Shown: positions 29,006 to 40,448 of the stretch, in pieces
Position numbering within the stretch: the first letter of the stretch is position 1
How the letters are laid out: each line of letters starts with the position of its first letter
Virus record (IMG/VR): IMGVR_UViG_3300028197_001221
Span: 61,942 to 125,941 of that record
DNA: 64,000 bases
Origin: a virus
Reading direction: 5' to 3' (one strand)
Program-made: the position numbers and the translations under genes
The notes under the pieces: model-generated
Database searches by the model: none
Told to the model about the DNA's origin: nothing
What the model saw: the letters and a program-made list of their open reading frames with translations, nothing else

Positions 29006-32000
29006 TTACGGCAATGGGTTTGGAGGATAACTAGAGAAATCATAACAACTAACTGCTGCCAATGTTCTAATGGCTATTTTAGTAAGACAAGAAACACCAG
29101 AAGTATTTGAAGTTCCATCTTCGCAATCTACAAATGCTTCTGTTGGCATTGCTGGACATTGATTAGCATATTGCGCATCTATATCTATCTTGAGACTTTC
29201 AGTAGATCTTGAACCAGCTTCTTCTCCAGTTATTACACTAAATACCCTTCTTATGATATCGTCTTGACTCAAATCAGTACAACAAGTATCGAATTTTATA
29301 GTATTTGAAGATGATTGAAGGTTAGGCGTACACACACCATCAACTTTATGGCAAACTAAAGTTTGTTCACACAAGACTAATATCAAATCGTCACAAGGCT
29401 CTTCTGTAGTTGTTGGTGGAGGAGGTGGTGGTGGCTCCGGTGGTGGTGGAACTGTTGTTGTTAGAATTGGAGCGCCGTCGATTCTTACATATATTGTATT
29501 ACCACCCTCTGGCATTTCTGGTAATCCTATTTTTATAGGAAGAGGATTTGGGACGGAATTAGAACCACAAGAGGGTTTACCATAATTTACTTTTATGCCC
29601 TCTGCTCCCATGTCAAAACTATGATCATTATTTGAGCAATAATAATATTGATTTAATTGTTTAATATCTTCTTTTATGTCATCTTGCAAGCAGGATATAA
29701 ACTGATTTGTTTCATTATTTTTAGGTATTTCACTAAAAGAATCATCTGTAACAGTAAGTATTGGAACATGATCTTCCCTGTATTCTAAATTATCATCAAT
29801 GCTGTTGTACGTCATATGGTTATTACTAGTGCAGTCGTTACTGTTTTTTGTAGAACCCGTACCCACTGGACCAATGTAAGTATATTCATATGTATTATCT
29901 AATTCTTGGTCATAAGGATTTATAACCAAATCTTTATACCTAAACACAGTTTGGTATGACATGTTTTTGAAAATAATCTTGTACGTAAATTTAGGAGGTA
30001 GAGTAGTAGTAGGCTTAGGTCTAAGATTTCCATCAATATAGATTATCGCAGAGCCTCCATCATTTGGCATTATAAAATTATTTATCTTTGCAGAAGTGGC
30101 AGTAAGAATCTCCATAGACAGTGATGAATTAGCTGGTATAAATGTAAACGACAAGGGACCATCTAATTCAAAAGAGCTATCATCAATTGTGATGCTTATG
30201 TTTTGTTTTGGTAAATCTTTTACTTCACTGCCTTCAGCTTTCGTTATAAATCTTTCTGATCTATTATTTTCTGAACCAGACAAAGAAGTTCCATCGACTC
30301 TGTTTACAATATAAAATCTAAATGTAGCATCTTCAGGAACTGGAGCGGGCGTAGTTCCTAGAATAAAAGTAGCTTCTATTTCATCATCTAACATAGAAAT
30401 TTTTTCGTCTTTAGAATATGTTAGCAAGATAAAGCATTTATATTTCTCACATGTCGAACAAGGTCTAGCGTCTGGATTAAAAGAAAGAATTTTAGGACTG
30501 TTACCACTTTTTACAACTCCGCTACCAGCTACTCCTTGTACAATAGGTTCTAAATGAAAACGAACATCACCGTTCTCATAGTCTGGATATGTATCTTTAT
30601 AGTCAAGATTTTTAATCTCATCATAATGTTGAACTGGACCTATATCACCACTTGCTATATAGATGCTACCCCAATCAGCATTAGTAGTAGTTAAATCTAT
30701 ATCTCCACCACAATAGTTATCGGGCCGAGATAAACTTTCAGTTGAAGCTTTTATTTCCCAGTTTAAAGACCCCGGCTCATTTACCTGAATCCACAATACA
30801 GCATTCTCACAGTGACCACCAGACAGTTTAGCTACAAAAGGGTTTTCATAAGTTCCTTCTCCAGAGACACTCCAAGGAGTCCTGACTGAAACTCCAGCAG
30901 GTCTATCCCATAAGTCTTTACAATCTGAATAGTAGCTCCATATTGGTTTCTTGTCAGTAATTGGAAGAGAAATAGGAGCAGAACAATCAGCTAACAAAAG
31001 AGAGAAATATTTATAAAAATCTTCAAATCTTTTCTCTTTAAAGAAATCAGAATATTTAATTTTCAGGTTATAACGAGATGCGTTAGAAGGATTTTTAATT
31101 AAATATAATTCGTTATCAATCATTTCAAAAAGGTTAGCATGTTGACCAGTTAAAGTTTTTAGATGAGGACCACAGTATTCGTCTTCTCTTAATGTTGCTA
31201 CTTTAAACCTAATGTCTTTTTCAAGAACTGGTGCTACCGTGGTTGTAGTTGTTGTAGTGGTTTCTAAAACTTCTTTCGGATCTACATACCAATAAACTTC
31301 TGTTTCTGTAGAAAATGAATCATTACTAGGTTCTACATTTGGTTTAGTTCTGGTTATATCTGAAAAGATAGCATTATAAGCAGTTGTATAGTATGCTCCT
31401 TGAGACCCCACCGTATTAAAATATGTAAAACTATCGGACAGGCCGTTACTCATGCTATCGTCTTCAACGTTTTTGCTATATATAGATCTTACAGGTTTTT
31501 CTAAATCTATAAAATCGTCGAAATCAAAAGGAGATAAAGTGAATAAGCCATCGGTATAATCTGCCTCATCTTGAGATGGGAATGTACCATCTGCATGAAA
31601 AGAGAAAGATCTTTTACTAGGGTTATTAATAGACTGCATGAAATGAAACCATTCGCACAGAACCAAGCCTTTACCATTTTCTAAAACTTCGTGCATAATT
31701 CTTTGTTGAACTATGTCAGGCATCCAGCCGCCTTCTCGCGGGTTATAACTTGGGAATAGTAAATAGACAGAACCTTTGTCAGATGCCTCATTAGGATTAT
31801 CGAATATTGGTTGATACTCATACCAAGGTAAAATTTTATTAACAGTAAATCCCATGCTAGTACACAACGATTCTATATTAGTATTAAACAATTCGTTCTC
31901 TGTGTCGAAGTATGTTATCTTCTTACCTTTATCGTTATTGGACCAGAGTATCATATTTTTTATTAATCTAGCAGTATTTCTTCTTTGTAAATCAACAACG

Positions 32001-32104
32001 TGCAAAGCTTTTGAAAAAGCGCAGACCCTCCCTCTAGGTCTTCTACAACCATTGCCATCAACTTTGTAATGTTTTGTTCCAGCCACGCCAATATTTCTAA
32101 TCAT
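29006..32104 (-). CDS. Large multidomain virion protein with Thr/Pro linkers and Cys-rich C-terminus
   Basis: 1032-aa ORF in the fibre block. Confidence 0.7.
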   Translation of the reverse strand: MIRNIGVAGTKHYKVDGNGCRRPRGRVCAFSKALHVVDLQRRNTARLIKNMILWSNNDKGKKITYFDTENELFNTNIESLCTSMGFTVNKILPWYEYQPIFDNPNEASDKGSVYLLFPSYNPREGGWMPDIVQQRIMHEVLENGKGLVLCEWFHFMQSINNPSKRSFSFHADGTFPSQDEADYTDGLFTLSPFDFDDFIDLEKPVRSIYSKNVEDDSMSNGLSDSFTYFNTVGSQGAYYTTAYNAIFSDITRTKPNVEPSNDSFSTETEVYWYVDPKEVLETTTTTTTTVAPVLEKDIRFKVATLREDEYCGPHLKTLTGQHANLFEMIDNELYLIKNPSNASRYNLKIKYSDFFKEKRFEDFYKYFSLLLADCSAPISLPITDKKPIWSYYSDCKDLWDRPAGVSVRTPWSVSGEGTYENPFVAKLSGGHCENAVLWIQVNEPGSLNWEIKASTESLSRPDNYCGGDIDLTTTNADWGSIYIASGDIGPVQHYDEIKNLDYKDTYPDYENGDVRFHLEPIVQGVAGSGVVKSGNSPKILSFNPDARPCSTCEKYKCFILLTYSKDEKISMLDDEIEATFILGTTPAPVPEDATFRFYIVNRVDGTSLSGSENNRSERFITKAEGSEVKDLPKQNISITIDDSSFELDGPLSFTFIPANSSLSMEILTATSAKINNFIMPNDGGSAIIYIDGNLRPKPTTTLPPKFTYKIIFKNMSYQTVFRYKDLVINPYDQELDNTYEYTYIGPVGTGSTKNSNDCTSNNHMTYNSIDDNLEYREDHVPILTVTDDSFSEIPKNNETNQFISCLQDDIKEDIKQLNQYYYCSNNDHSFDMGAEGIKVNYGKPSCGSNSVPNPLPIKIGLPEMPEGGNTIYVRIDGAPILTTTVPPPPEPPPPPPPTTTEEPCDDLILVLCEQTLVCHKVDGVCTPNLQSSSNTIKFDTCCTDLSQDDIIRRVFSVITGEEAGSRSTESLKIDIDAQYANQCPAMPTEAFVDCEDGTSNTSGVSCLTKIAIRTLAAVSCYDFSSYPPNPLP

Positions 32105-32119
32105 AATAAAACCTATAAC

Positions 32120-35100
32120 CTAATCTTCTTCTTCTATGTCTACCCTGCTGACAGTAAAAACTTCCGAAAAGTCAAAACTTCTTTGACCTACCGTTGTGCC
32201 GGTTTCGTTTGTAGATATAACCCATGTCTTCATAATTTCTGGCAATTCTCTAAAATTACCAGTACCTTGGTCTAACATATGCTGTTCGTGCCTCGACAAG
32301 TCACTGTCTGCGTTAGCAGTTGGTGGTCTTATTGCAATATGCTGACCGGGAACTATTAAGTCTAACCAGTGTTCGTGACCATGACCGTCATGACCATGTG
32401 GTGATCTACCCGATATAAACTGCTTTTTAAAGTCTGCAAAAGTGACGTTTTGATATCGTTCCACTTGTGGGTCGTCGTTCTCGTACATTTGTACCGTAAA
32501 GGAAAATCTAGGAGGAACATAGTCTCCGTAAACAACCTCTATCTGTGGTGTCCCATCAGGGTTGAGTAATGGATTACCATCATCGTCTAAAATAGGCTCT
32601 TCTGTAAAAGTGTGATATCCTTCACTGACCAGTTTAGTTTCTTTGATGTAAGTTATTAAATCTACTTGAGAATTGCTACCACTTGCTACATACGTACCCG
32701 AGTACCCTCTTTCTTGTATCGACCTTATTGTTTTTTCGGGGTCAATAAGGCTATATGGTTGGTTAGTTGCTAAAGCAAATTGTTCGTTAATATATCTTCC
32801 ATTATTGCAACCATTCCCAGCAGTATAAGAGAATGTTAATTTGTTAGTATCAATCTTAACATCATAAGCAATAGGCCAATCTCCCGCATAATTATAATTT
32901 AAATCTTCAGGTTCTATAGTGATAAAATATTCATCTCCAGTTTGAGATATTAATATGTCACCATTTTCATGAAAACACCTTGAGTCTTGTCCTTTAATTT
33001 GCCAATTTTGAACGCCTAAATCTTCCCAAGTCCAATCTGATTCAAGTCCGGGTTCTGCACGGTTATAAAGGTGTCCTTGAATTTTAACTACTATTGACAA
33101 GGTATAACTTTTTGTTATTTTAAAACCTCTGCCAAACATTGGTATACCAACGCACTCTCCCTCATCATTACAAGAGTTAGCGCCAGATCCATTAAACCTA
33201 GGTGGTGGGTTTAAAGCTTCACCTCTATTATATTTTTGAATACATGTCCACCATGTGCGATCTACATTTTCTTCATCAGGAATAGGGCCACCGTCTGAAT
33301 CTATTCCAGCAGTTGCACCTTCTGGTTTCCAGCTGTCAATATCATAATATAATTCATTTTCGTTATCATACCAATAATTAGGCCAATCGCTTAAAAACTC
33401 TCCATTATGTTTCCATCTTAAAGCAACATAGTGGCAACTAAAAACTTCGCCTAAGTCTCCCGGTACTTGATAAACGAATTCTACAATCACAACATTTATT
33501 AGCTGCTCATCTGTAGGGTCATCATCATAATATCCCTTTAGTACATCAGAACTAGTAGTGCCATAACAATTCACCCAGACTGTACCTGCACAAGTTTTCC
33601 ATTTGTCACTCCCTTCAGAAGGAAGAGTAGAAATATTTGCACCTCGCAAATTAACAATATCTTTAAAGTTAGGTATAGTAGTTTCTTGAGGAGACCAAAG
33701 AGCGGAAGAATGTCTTATAGTTGCATAAGATCTTAAATAATATTCTTCATTATTAATTATCTTTACATCATCCCCGAAATGGCTACTTCCAAAACCATTT
33801 TTACCCAATGTTACGGAGCCGCCATAATATCCAATGTATCTAGAAGGAGGTACTGCTCCTTCAGCTTCATCCTCTGGATCTGCTCGAAATGTTGTTTCCA
33901 CAGGGGAAGTAGTTTTGTAGTACACGCCTTCGGGATCATAAAGCCCTATTTGTAATTTAAACTTCTCAAAATTAGCTGGTGGATATTTCGCAACGAGTGA
34001 AGTTCCAAGGTTTCCGTTGGCATCATAATAATCCACATAAGATTTTCCAGTAACATTCTCCATTATAAAGTCTTTACAAGTTGGAGCCGCTGGACCGTAG
34101 TAATGATTACACTCCCAAGGTACTGGTATTAGTTCGGGACTAGCAGTCGTGGTTGTAGTTGTTGTAGTAGTAGTAGTCGTAGTGGTAGTAGTAGTGGTTG
34201 TTGTTGTTGTCGTTGTAAAAATTGGCGCAGATGTTGTTGTTGGCCTTACACATACATACAATCTTTCTTCTATGTCATTTTCTAAATCGCTGTTAAGAGC
34301 TTCACCACAAATATCATAAGAAATAAATGAATCCATAAGCAGCACTTCTTCTACAATGTCTTCTTCGGGAATAGTCGAATCCCCATCGTCATTATAAACT
34401 TGGTGATTAACCCATAGAAAAGAATTAACGTTTTCTTCATCTACTTTGTAATAACCTATATCATTACTATCAATAGATAATAAGTAATCTGTTGGACAAT
34501 CTAAACAAAATGGAACTTTAATTTTTTTACCTTGTCGTAAAGAATCTTCATCATATATACAATACATTTTAACTTCCAAGCCACCTTTACCAGTAAGCCC
34601 ACTAACTTTCTTGGTAAGCCCTAGAGAGTTTGTGACCTCAAAAGTAAATTCCCAAAATTCAATTGTTGCGTCTGGAGAGCTGCCCGGAGGACTTCCCGGT
34701 GGTGGAGGATCTGGAGCATAAAAAGTTGGTTGTTCTATCGAGCATGGACTTGGGACATCTGGCCCTATTGTTTCTTCACGAGCCAATTCTCCAAATAACA
34801 ATCGCCAATCTTTATCGTATTGATATCCATACGGCATATCAGTGTCTGCTGATCTTCTAACTAAAGTTAATTCCATTTCATTTGAATATCTTCCATCACT
34901 GGAAGGACAAAGTGTTACAGGAGTACTAGTGGGTTTAAGACCTTTCTTCGGAGTACCATCTGGGCCAGATTCTCCGGGCCAAGATGGAGGCCATTTTCTA
35001 AGCGGATACCTTGCTACAAACTCAGCATAGGTAATGGGCCTATAAGTAAAACACCCAGACTTTCCAAGAGTCAGTGCTGGCTCTATTGTAACGAGATAGT

Positions 35101-38100
35101 GTCCCTGCATATAACTAACCATAGTCTCTTCGTCTATGTCAACATTAGAAGCATTTAAAATTTCTTCAGGCATTGACCACTCTCCTACATTGTAGGAGAT
35201 TTTTTTAATTGAAGGCTGATCATCATGTATACAGATTCCTTCTTCATACATACTCCAGTTACCAGCGCCTCTTTTTACTAAACCCTTGGGTTTGTATTGC
35301 AACCAGTTAGGTACTGCTGAGTACAAGGATCTACAATCATCAGAACAAAGTAACGACATGCTTCCAGAATCTGGGAATTTTTCTGGAAAAGTCCAAATCC
35401 AAACTCTGTGTTTTGCTGATCGAACATCTGTGTCAGTAATAACTTGAAATTCAATGAAAGAATTTTCAAACCCATAAGTTGGAATATATATCTCTCCGTC
35501 AGGTAAAGTTCCTCCAACAGACCCCGCAGAACTTTCAACAACATAAGAAGTAGCATTTAATGTTAACGATCCCACATCTAAATTACTTAAATCTATACTT
35601 ACTTTTTGATCACTACTGTTTGACCCTAAGTCAACTTTTAATTGAGGATCTATTGGCACAAAATTAAAAACGCCAAGCTGACTAGTCATTCTACGGTAGG
35701 GATCTCCCGCAACTGCATACATATACTGCCCCTTTATAACAACTGCATATTGGTATCGACCGGGAGTTGTTATTGTGTGAGAATGAAGGCCGTCATCAAA
35801 AAATCTTCCACCTTCGCTATAGTCAACAGCAATATATATACCGCCTTCTGTACATTTATATTCATGGTATGGATGAGCTGCTACAGGGGTTATATATAGC
35901 TCATACTGGTTCACATTCCCTATACTTTGATTTATAAGTTTAAAGGGAAGAACTGACCCTTCTCCTTTATACCAAAAATTAAGATCTGGAGCTACATCTC
36001 TATAAAACTCTGTATCCGTATCGTCAACTCCACTAACAATAAGTTGACCATTCTCAGTAATTATAAAATTTAAACCTACAATTGGATCAACTGTGGTTTT
36101 ACTTTTTTCAGAATAAAAAGTTTTATTTTTAACTTGAGCAAATATTACATGCTCTCCAGCATAAGTATTCTCAAGAACTATTCTGTCTGAATCTTGATGT
36201 GTTCGTGGGTCTATTATCATAGATTTTAAAGAACTAGGATTGTAACCTAAACTTGGAACGTATCCACTTGAACCTTCTAAAACTGCTGCATAAAGAATTT
36301 TTATTTCTGTAATCTCATCTAACTCTTGTTCCCAGAATTCAGAAGACCATCCAGTTTGATTACTCAAAGAAAGAGAAAATTCTATACGACCTTGCTTTCC
36401 AATCGGATTAACAAACTCTGGGCGGGCTGGTCTCCGGGGAGGAGGGGCTACTGCAAATAATTCTCTTGCATCACTCTTAAACTCATGCGTATTAACATTA
36501 TTAGCAGTGGAATATGCAGTGATTAAAAATGTTGAATTAGGTTCAAACATAAAAATATTATTTATAATTGTTTCATCATTTTCGTCTAATACAAATCCGT
36601 AAACATCACGATTCAGATCTTTCTGTTTTTGTGCAACGCTGGCAGGTGTAGCCCAAAAACTTTGTACAGCAAAATACTCTATGATTTCGCCAACCCTTTT
36701 TATTTTTTGTATAGTAAAGCGAAAAAATTTGCTATTCTCTGGATCTGCATGATTTAATTTAATTTTCGCTGACTTAAAATCTCTAAAATTAAATACTACA
36801 GCTGGTTGTGCTAAGGGGTGTTTTCGAGATAAACCATCTCCAACAGGAGGAGGGCCAATAGAACACTCCTCTTCTTTAGTTAAAATCGTTTTGACTACTG
36901 ACTTGCTACTGTATTCTAAATCATCGCCTTCAACGTAGGCAGATATCATAAGCGTATATCTACCAAAGCCTCTTATCTCAAAAGTTGTTACATATGTAGG
37001 TGTAGGATATCTAGGATCATAGTCACCGTAATTAATTGTAGACTTTTGAACCTCGCCGTCTTCATTTGAAAAATAAAGTTTATATCCTATAGTTCTACCT
37101 TCCGCAGACCCCAATTCAAAATCTTCAATATTAAGAGAGTCTTCAAATACAACAGTGGCTTCACAGTCATGAACCCCAAGTCCAACTCTTCTTGGAGGTA
37201 AAAGCTCTGGGGTTGTAGGAAAATCGTTGTAATATGTGGTACAAGTAGGATCTCCTATAACTCCTTCTGGGCTTAAAGGAAACACACAGAAACAGAAAGC
37301 GCCAGTAACGTTTTGATGTTCTGGCCTTGGTTGTAATTCTATACGAGGAATGTTAGTAAAAAACTGATAGTCGTAACTTGCTTCTAGTATTGAGGGGCAA
37401 GAATTTGGATTGCCATTACTATCCGTTGGAGTGTCATCTCCTTCTTTAGCGCCGGGGATAAAATTACAAGTTATTATAAAACCACCATCTTTATGATTAG
37501 GAGTATAAGGCGGTGGCAAAGGCCAATCATCATCTGGTTGAGATGGAGGTCCACTGGTAGTAGTAGCAATAGTAGTATTAGTCGGAGGCGTGGGCGTAAA
37601 ACTTAAAATTATAGGCCCATTAGTTGGAGGGTTAGGATCGGGATATGGAACACTTCCAGTTGGTGGAGCAGGGCCGCAATTTATGATTCCACCCTGCGGT
37701 CCTTGTGGTCTTTCTTCAGGAGGAAAATTTTTAGGAGAAGGATTTGGATTAAATCCATCAGGATAATAATAAAACATACAACAACCAACGACATAATCTA
37801 AATCTGGATCAAAAGAATCAACAGGAAAACCACAACCAATAGTGAAACTATTTTCTTTTTTATTAATTCTATCTTCTGGAATTGGTATGCAAACGGTAGG
37901 TATGTCGCTAGTACCTTCACAGTTTGTAAACAAAATAACACCTATAGCATCTTGATCCCAAGTTCCGTCAAAGTTTATTGCTATGCTTGAAGTAGGTGAT
38001 GCTATATTATTTTCCCAAGAGTGCGAACTGTAAGATGGTACACCGCTATATATTGAAGAAGGTTCACAGAATGCTATTTCTTCTCCTGATCCAGATTCTC

Positions 38101-40438
38101 CATAAGATAAATATCCAAGACGACTTGTACTAAATACATTCCAAACTTTTATTAACATTTGAACAATAGTATTACTAGATACATTTATTTCACAATTAAA
38201 AATTCTAACAGTGTTTCTTTCTCCTCTAGAAACTCGGAAATTAAATGTATGAGAACCAATTTCTATATAGACTTCTCTAGCGTGTTCTACATCGTCTACA
38301 TCAAATGACAATTCTATAAATCCACATAAACCATCACCTCCATCTTTAACAATTAAATTTTTAAGATAAGGTATTTTATTTTCTACTTTGAGTCTAGGGT
38401 CAATAATCAAACATTTTGTTTCTTTTTCTTTAAATACTGGAACTCCATTGTTCATAATACCACATTGAATTATTACCGTATCTCCAGATTTTACTATACC
38501 ACCACTACAATTTATCATTGAACATTGACTAGGAGCCGGTATTGGATCGCTCCACTCCCCTTCGTCACCAACCTTAAATCTTAACACACAATCAATGTGT
38601 AGCTTGTCAAGACAAATATCTATATTTATTAATCTAGGATCATAGGTCGCTGATACTATTTCAGGAATAAGGTCAAGATCTACTACAGGTACTCTAACAA
38701 TATCTCCTCGCAAAAAAGAAGTATTATCATTTTCACTAGTAATTGCTATCCTGAAATCATAGGTATCGTAAGGTAGTCTAAAAGTTTTAAAAGTTTTATA
38801 TCTATCTGATAAAACATAGGAAGACATGGAAAATTGTGTTTCACTAGCTTTTTTATATTCTATATAATAGTAAGTTTTGATACCATCTTGATTTGGTGGG
38901 TTCCATATTAGGGTTACTTCATTATCGCAGACTTGTGCATATTCTATTTTTAAAGGTGTAACCTTTGTGTCAACATCGTATAGCCTAGGGCTGTCTTTTA
39001 AGTATTTTAAAATTATTTTACCGCTACCGCCATAACCTGCATTAGAAGATTTTGTTACGTCTAGTTCAGAATTGCCAGCTCCTCCAGAACCAGTATTAGC
39101 TTCTCCATTAACAGAAAGATACGAACCTCCTCCACCTTGACCACCACTTCCAGTTTGTTCTATGCCACTACCACCTCCAGCTCCACCAGCCGCATAATAC
39201 CTAGCGCTATAGGGATTGGAATCAATATATATTCCATCGCCACCATTGCCGCCCTTCCAAGTACTTTCCGTTAAAGTATCTGAACCTCTAGCACCAGCGC
39301 CTCCACCTCCACCACCTCCAGAAAAAACATCATCAGTAGAAACGCCACCATTATTAGTAAAAACATTTAACTGTTGATTATCGTAGTCTCCAGTTGTAGA
39401 CCTTTGAGAATCAGCACCAGTACCACCATGAGATCCAACGTTTTCAAAATAATCAGGGCCAACATTTTGAGAATCAGAAGGAGATCCTAAGTCTCCGTAA
39501 ATGCCACCAAAGCCTCCACCATTTGCGTAATTAAAATTAAATGAGGATCTGTTTCCATTCTCCCCAACAGCTCCACCTTGACCAATAAATATAGCATGAT
39601 TTCCTGTACTAAGAGATGTCACTCCGCTAACAACAGCTCCAGCACCACCGCCACCGCTGGGACCACGCTCGTCTTGTACACCGCCGCCTCCACCTCCACC
39701 TATTATAATATATTCAAAATCGAGGCTTGGAGCTGCAAAGTCGTCTGAAGTATAATTTAAAGACATTTCTGTAGATTCATTGAATGACAAATATCTATAT
39801 TTATTATCTTCTGATACTATAGCGCCGGGAGCTATAATATTAAAATTACTAGTATCAGGAACATTTGGAAGATCGTATCTAGATTTAGGGTTTTTAGGAA
39901 TAACAGTTATATCTTCAACGCCTTGTACCATTCCGGGGTGATGCTTACAGTAACCGTATAACTTTACATTTTGACCATACGGTATATGTATTTTTGTTCC
40001 TGCGCCTTCTGTTCCGGGGGTTCCAAAAGTTTCTACAAATCTGGTAAAAGATGAGCCACCATTATGAATACCATCTAGTGTTTTTGAAAATAACAAAGGG
40101 TGTCCCAAGTTACTTGGATGAGACTGATCAAAAGTGTAAGTTTCTCCCTCTTCAAGTACATAAGTAGGAAACATACAGACATTACCTGTTCTTGGATCGT
40201 CTTTTGGCTGCACAGTGGTTGTAACAGTAGATCCGGGGGTTTCAAAAATCACAGCGTCTGTAAAAACTACAGATTCATCAGACATAGTTAACTTTGCTCT
40301 CACCTGAATATTCTCACCGGGAGGCAAATCGCTAAGAGGCACAAAGAAACTTTTAAATGCACCTTCAGATGGAATGCTAGCTGCTTCACCAAACAACTTG
40401 TCTTCATCAACAAAGTTATGGTCTTCTTTTTTTGTCAT
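32120..40438 (-). CDS. Giant (2772 aa) multidomain virion protein: cupredoxin-like, Gly-rich, FN3-like, Pro/Thr linkers, His-rich patch
   Basis: SNLGHPL...YCKHHPGM; Gly-rich domain similar to 18379..19272; VTLIWNPP FN3 motif; 24-Thr run; HGHDGHGHEH. Confidence 0.8.
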   Translation of the reverse strand: MTKKEDHNFVDEDKLFGEAASIPSEGAFKSFFVPLSDLPPGENIQVRAKLTMSDESVVFTDAVIFETPGSTVTTTVQPKDDPRTGNVCMFPTYVLEEGETYTFDQSHPSNLGHPLLFSKTLDGIHNGGSSFTRFVETFGTPGTEGAGTKIHIPYGQNVKLYGYCKHHPGMVQGVEDITVIPKNPKSRYDLPNVPDTSNFNIIAPGAIVSEDNKYRYLSFNESTEMSLNYTSDDFAAPSLDFEYIIIGGGGGGGVQDERGPSGGGGAGAVVSGVTSLSTGNHAIFIGQGGAVGENGNRSSFNFNYANGGGFGGIYGDLGSPSDSQNVGPDYFENVGSHGGTGADSQRSTTGDYDNQQLNVFTNNGGVSTDDVFSGGGGGGGAGARGSDTLTESTWKGGNGGDGIYIDSNPYSARYYAAGGAGGGSGIEQTGSGGQGGGGSYLSVNGEANTGSGGAGNSELDVTKSSNAGYGGSGKIILKYLKDSPRLYDVDTKVTPLKIEYAQVCDNEVTLIWNPPNQDGIKTYYYIEYKKASETQFSMSSYVLSDRYKTFKTFRLPYDTYDFRIAITSENDNTSFLRGDIVRVPVVDLDLIPEIVSATYDPRLINIDICLDKLHIDCVLRFKVGDEGEWSDPIPAPSQCSMINCSGGIVKSGDTVIIQCGIMNNGVPVFKEKETKCLIIDPRLKVENKIPYLKNLIVKDGGDGLCGFIELSFDVDDVEHAREVYIEIGSHTFNFRVSRGERNTVRIFNCEINVSSNTIVQMLIKVWNVFSTSRLGYLSYGESGSGEEIAFCEPSSIYSGVPSYSSHSWENNIASPTSSIAINFDGTWDQDAIGVILFTNCEGTSDIPTVCIPIPEDRINKKENSFTIGCGFPVDSFDPDLDYVVGCCMFYYYPDGFNPNPSPKNFPPEERPQGPQGGIINCGPAPPTGSVPYPDPNPPTNGPIILSFTPTPPTNTTIATTTSGPPSQPDDDWPLPPPYTPNHKDGGFIITCNFIPGAKEGDDTPTDSNGNPNSCPSILEASYDYQFFTNIPRIELQPRPEHQNVTGAFCFCVFPLSPEGVIGDPTCTTYYNDFPTTPELLPPRRVGLGVHDCEATVVFEDSLNIEDFELGSAEGRTIGYKLYFSNEDGEVQKSTINYGDYDPRYPTPTYVTTFEIRGFGRYTLMISAYVEGDDLEYSSKSVVKTILTKEEECSIGPPPVGDGLSRKHPLAQPAVVFNFRDFKSAKIKLNHADPENSKFFRFTIQKIKRVGEIIEYFAVQSFWATPASVAQKQKDLNRDVYGFVLDENDETIINNIFMFEPNSTFLITAYSTANNVNTHEFKSDARELFAVAPPPRRPARPEFVNPIGKQGRIEFSLSLSNQTGWSSEFWEQELDEITEIKILYAAVLEGSSGYVPSLGYNPSSLKSMIIDPRTHQDSDRIVLENTYAGEHVIFAQVKNKTFYSEKSKTTVDPIVGLNFIITENGQLIVSGVDDTDTEFYRDVAPDLNFWYKGEGSVLPFKLINQSIGNVNQYELYITPVAAHPYHEYKCTEGGIYIAVDYSEGGRFFDDGLHSHTITTPGRYQYAVVIKGQYMYAVAGDPYRRMTSQLGVFNFVPIDPQLKVDLGSNSSDQKVSIDLSNLDVGSLTLNATSYVVESSAGSVGGTLPDGEIYIPTYGFENSFIEFQVITDTDVRSAKHRVWIWTFPEKFPDSGSMSLLCSDDCRSLYSAVPNWLQYKPKGLVKRGAGNWSMYEEGICIHDDQPSIKKISYNVGEWSMPEEILNASNVDIDEETMVSYMQGHYLVTIEPALTLGKSGCFTYRPITYAEFVARYPLRKWPPSWPGESGPDGTPKKGLKPTSTPVTLCPSSDGRYSNEMELTLVRRSADTDMPYGYQYDKDWRLLFGELAREETIGPDVPSPCSIEQPTFYAPDPPPPGSPPGSSPDATIEFWEFTFEVTNSLGLTKKVSGLTGKGGLEVKMYCIYDEDSLRQGKKIKVPFCLDCPTDYLLSIDSNDIGYYKVDEENVNSFLWVNHQVYNDDGDSTIPEEDIVEEVLLMDSFISYDICGEALNSDLENDIEERLYVCVRPTTTSAPIFTTTTTTTTTTTTTTTTTTTTTTTTASPELIPVPWECNHYYGPAAPTCKDFIMENVTGKSYVDYYDANGNLGTSLVAKYPPANFEKFKLQIGLYDPEGVYYKTTSPVETTFRADPEDEAEGAVPPSRYIGYYGGSVTLGKNGFGSSHFGDDVKIINNEEYYLRSYATIRHSSALWSPQETTIPNFKDIVNLRGANISTLPSEGSDKWKTCAGTVWVNCYGTTSSDVLKGYYDDDPTDEQLINVVIVEFVYQVPGDLGEVFSCHYVALRWKHNGEFLSDWPNYWYDNENELYYDIDSWKPEGATAGIDSDGGPIPDEENVDRTWWTCIQKYNRGEALNPPPRFNGSGANSCNDEGECVGIPMFGRGFKITKSYTLSIVVKIQGHLYNRAEPGLESDWTWEDLGVQNWQIKGQDSRCFHENGDILISQTGDEYFITIEPEDLNYNYAGDWPIAYDVKIDTNKLTFSYTAGNGCNNGRYINEQFALATNQPYSLIDPEKTIRSIQERGYSGTYVASGSNSQVDLITYIKETKLVSEGYHTFTEEPILDDDGNPLLNPDGTPQIEVVYGDYVPPRFSFTVQMYENDDPQVERYQNVTFADFKKQFISGRSPHGHDGHGHEHWLDLIVPGQHIAIRPPTANADSDLSRHEQHMLDQGTGNFRELPEIMKTWVISTNETGTTVGQRSFDFSEVFTVSRVDIEEED
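34145..34216 (-). repeat. Poly-threonine tract (24 Thr codons)
   Basis: 72 nt using all four ACN codons. Confidence 0.95.
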
Positions 40439-40448
40439 AATAAATTAC

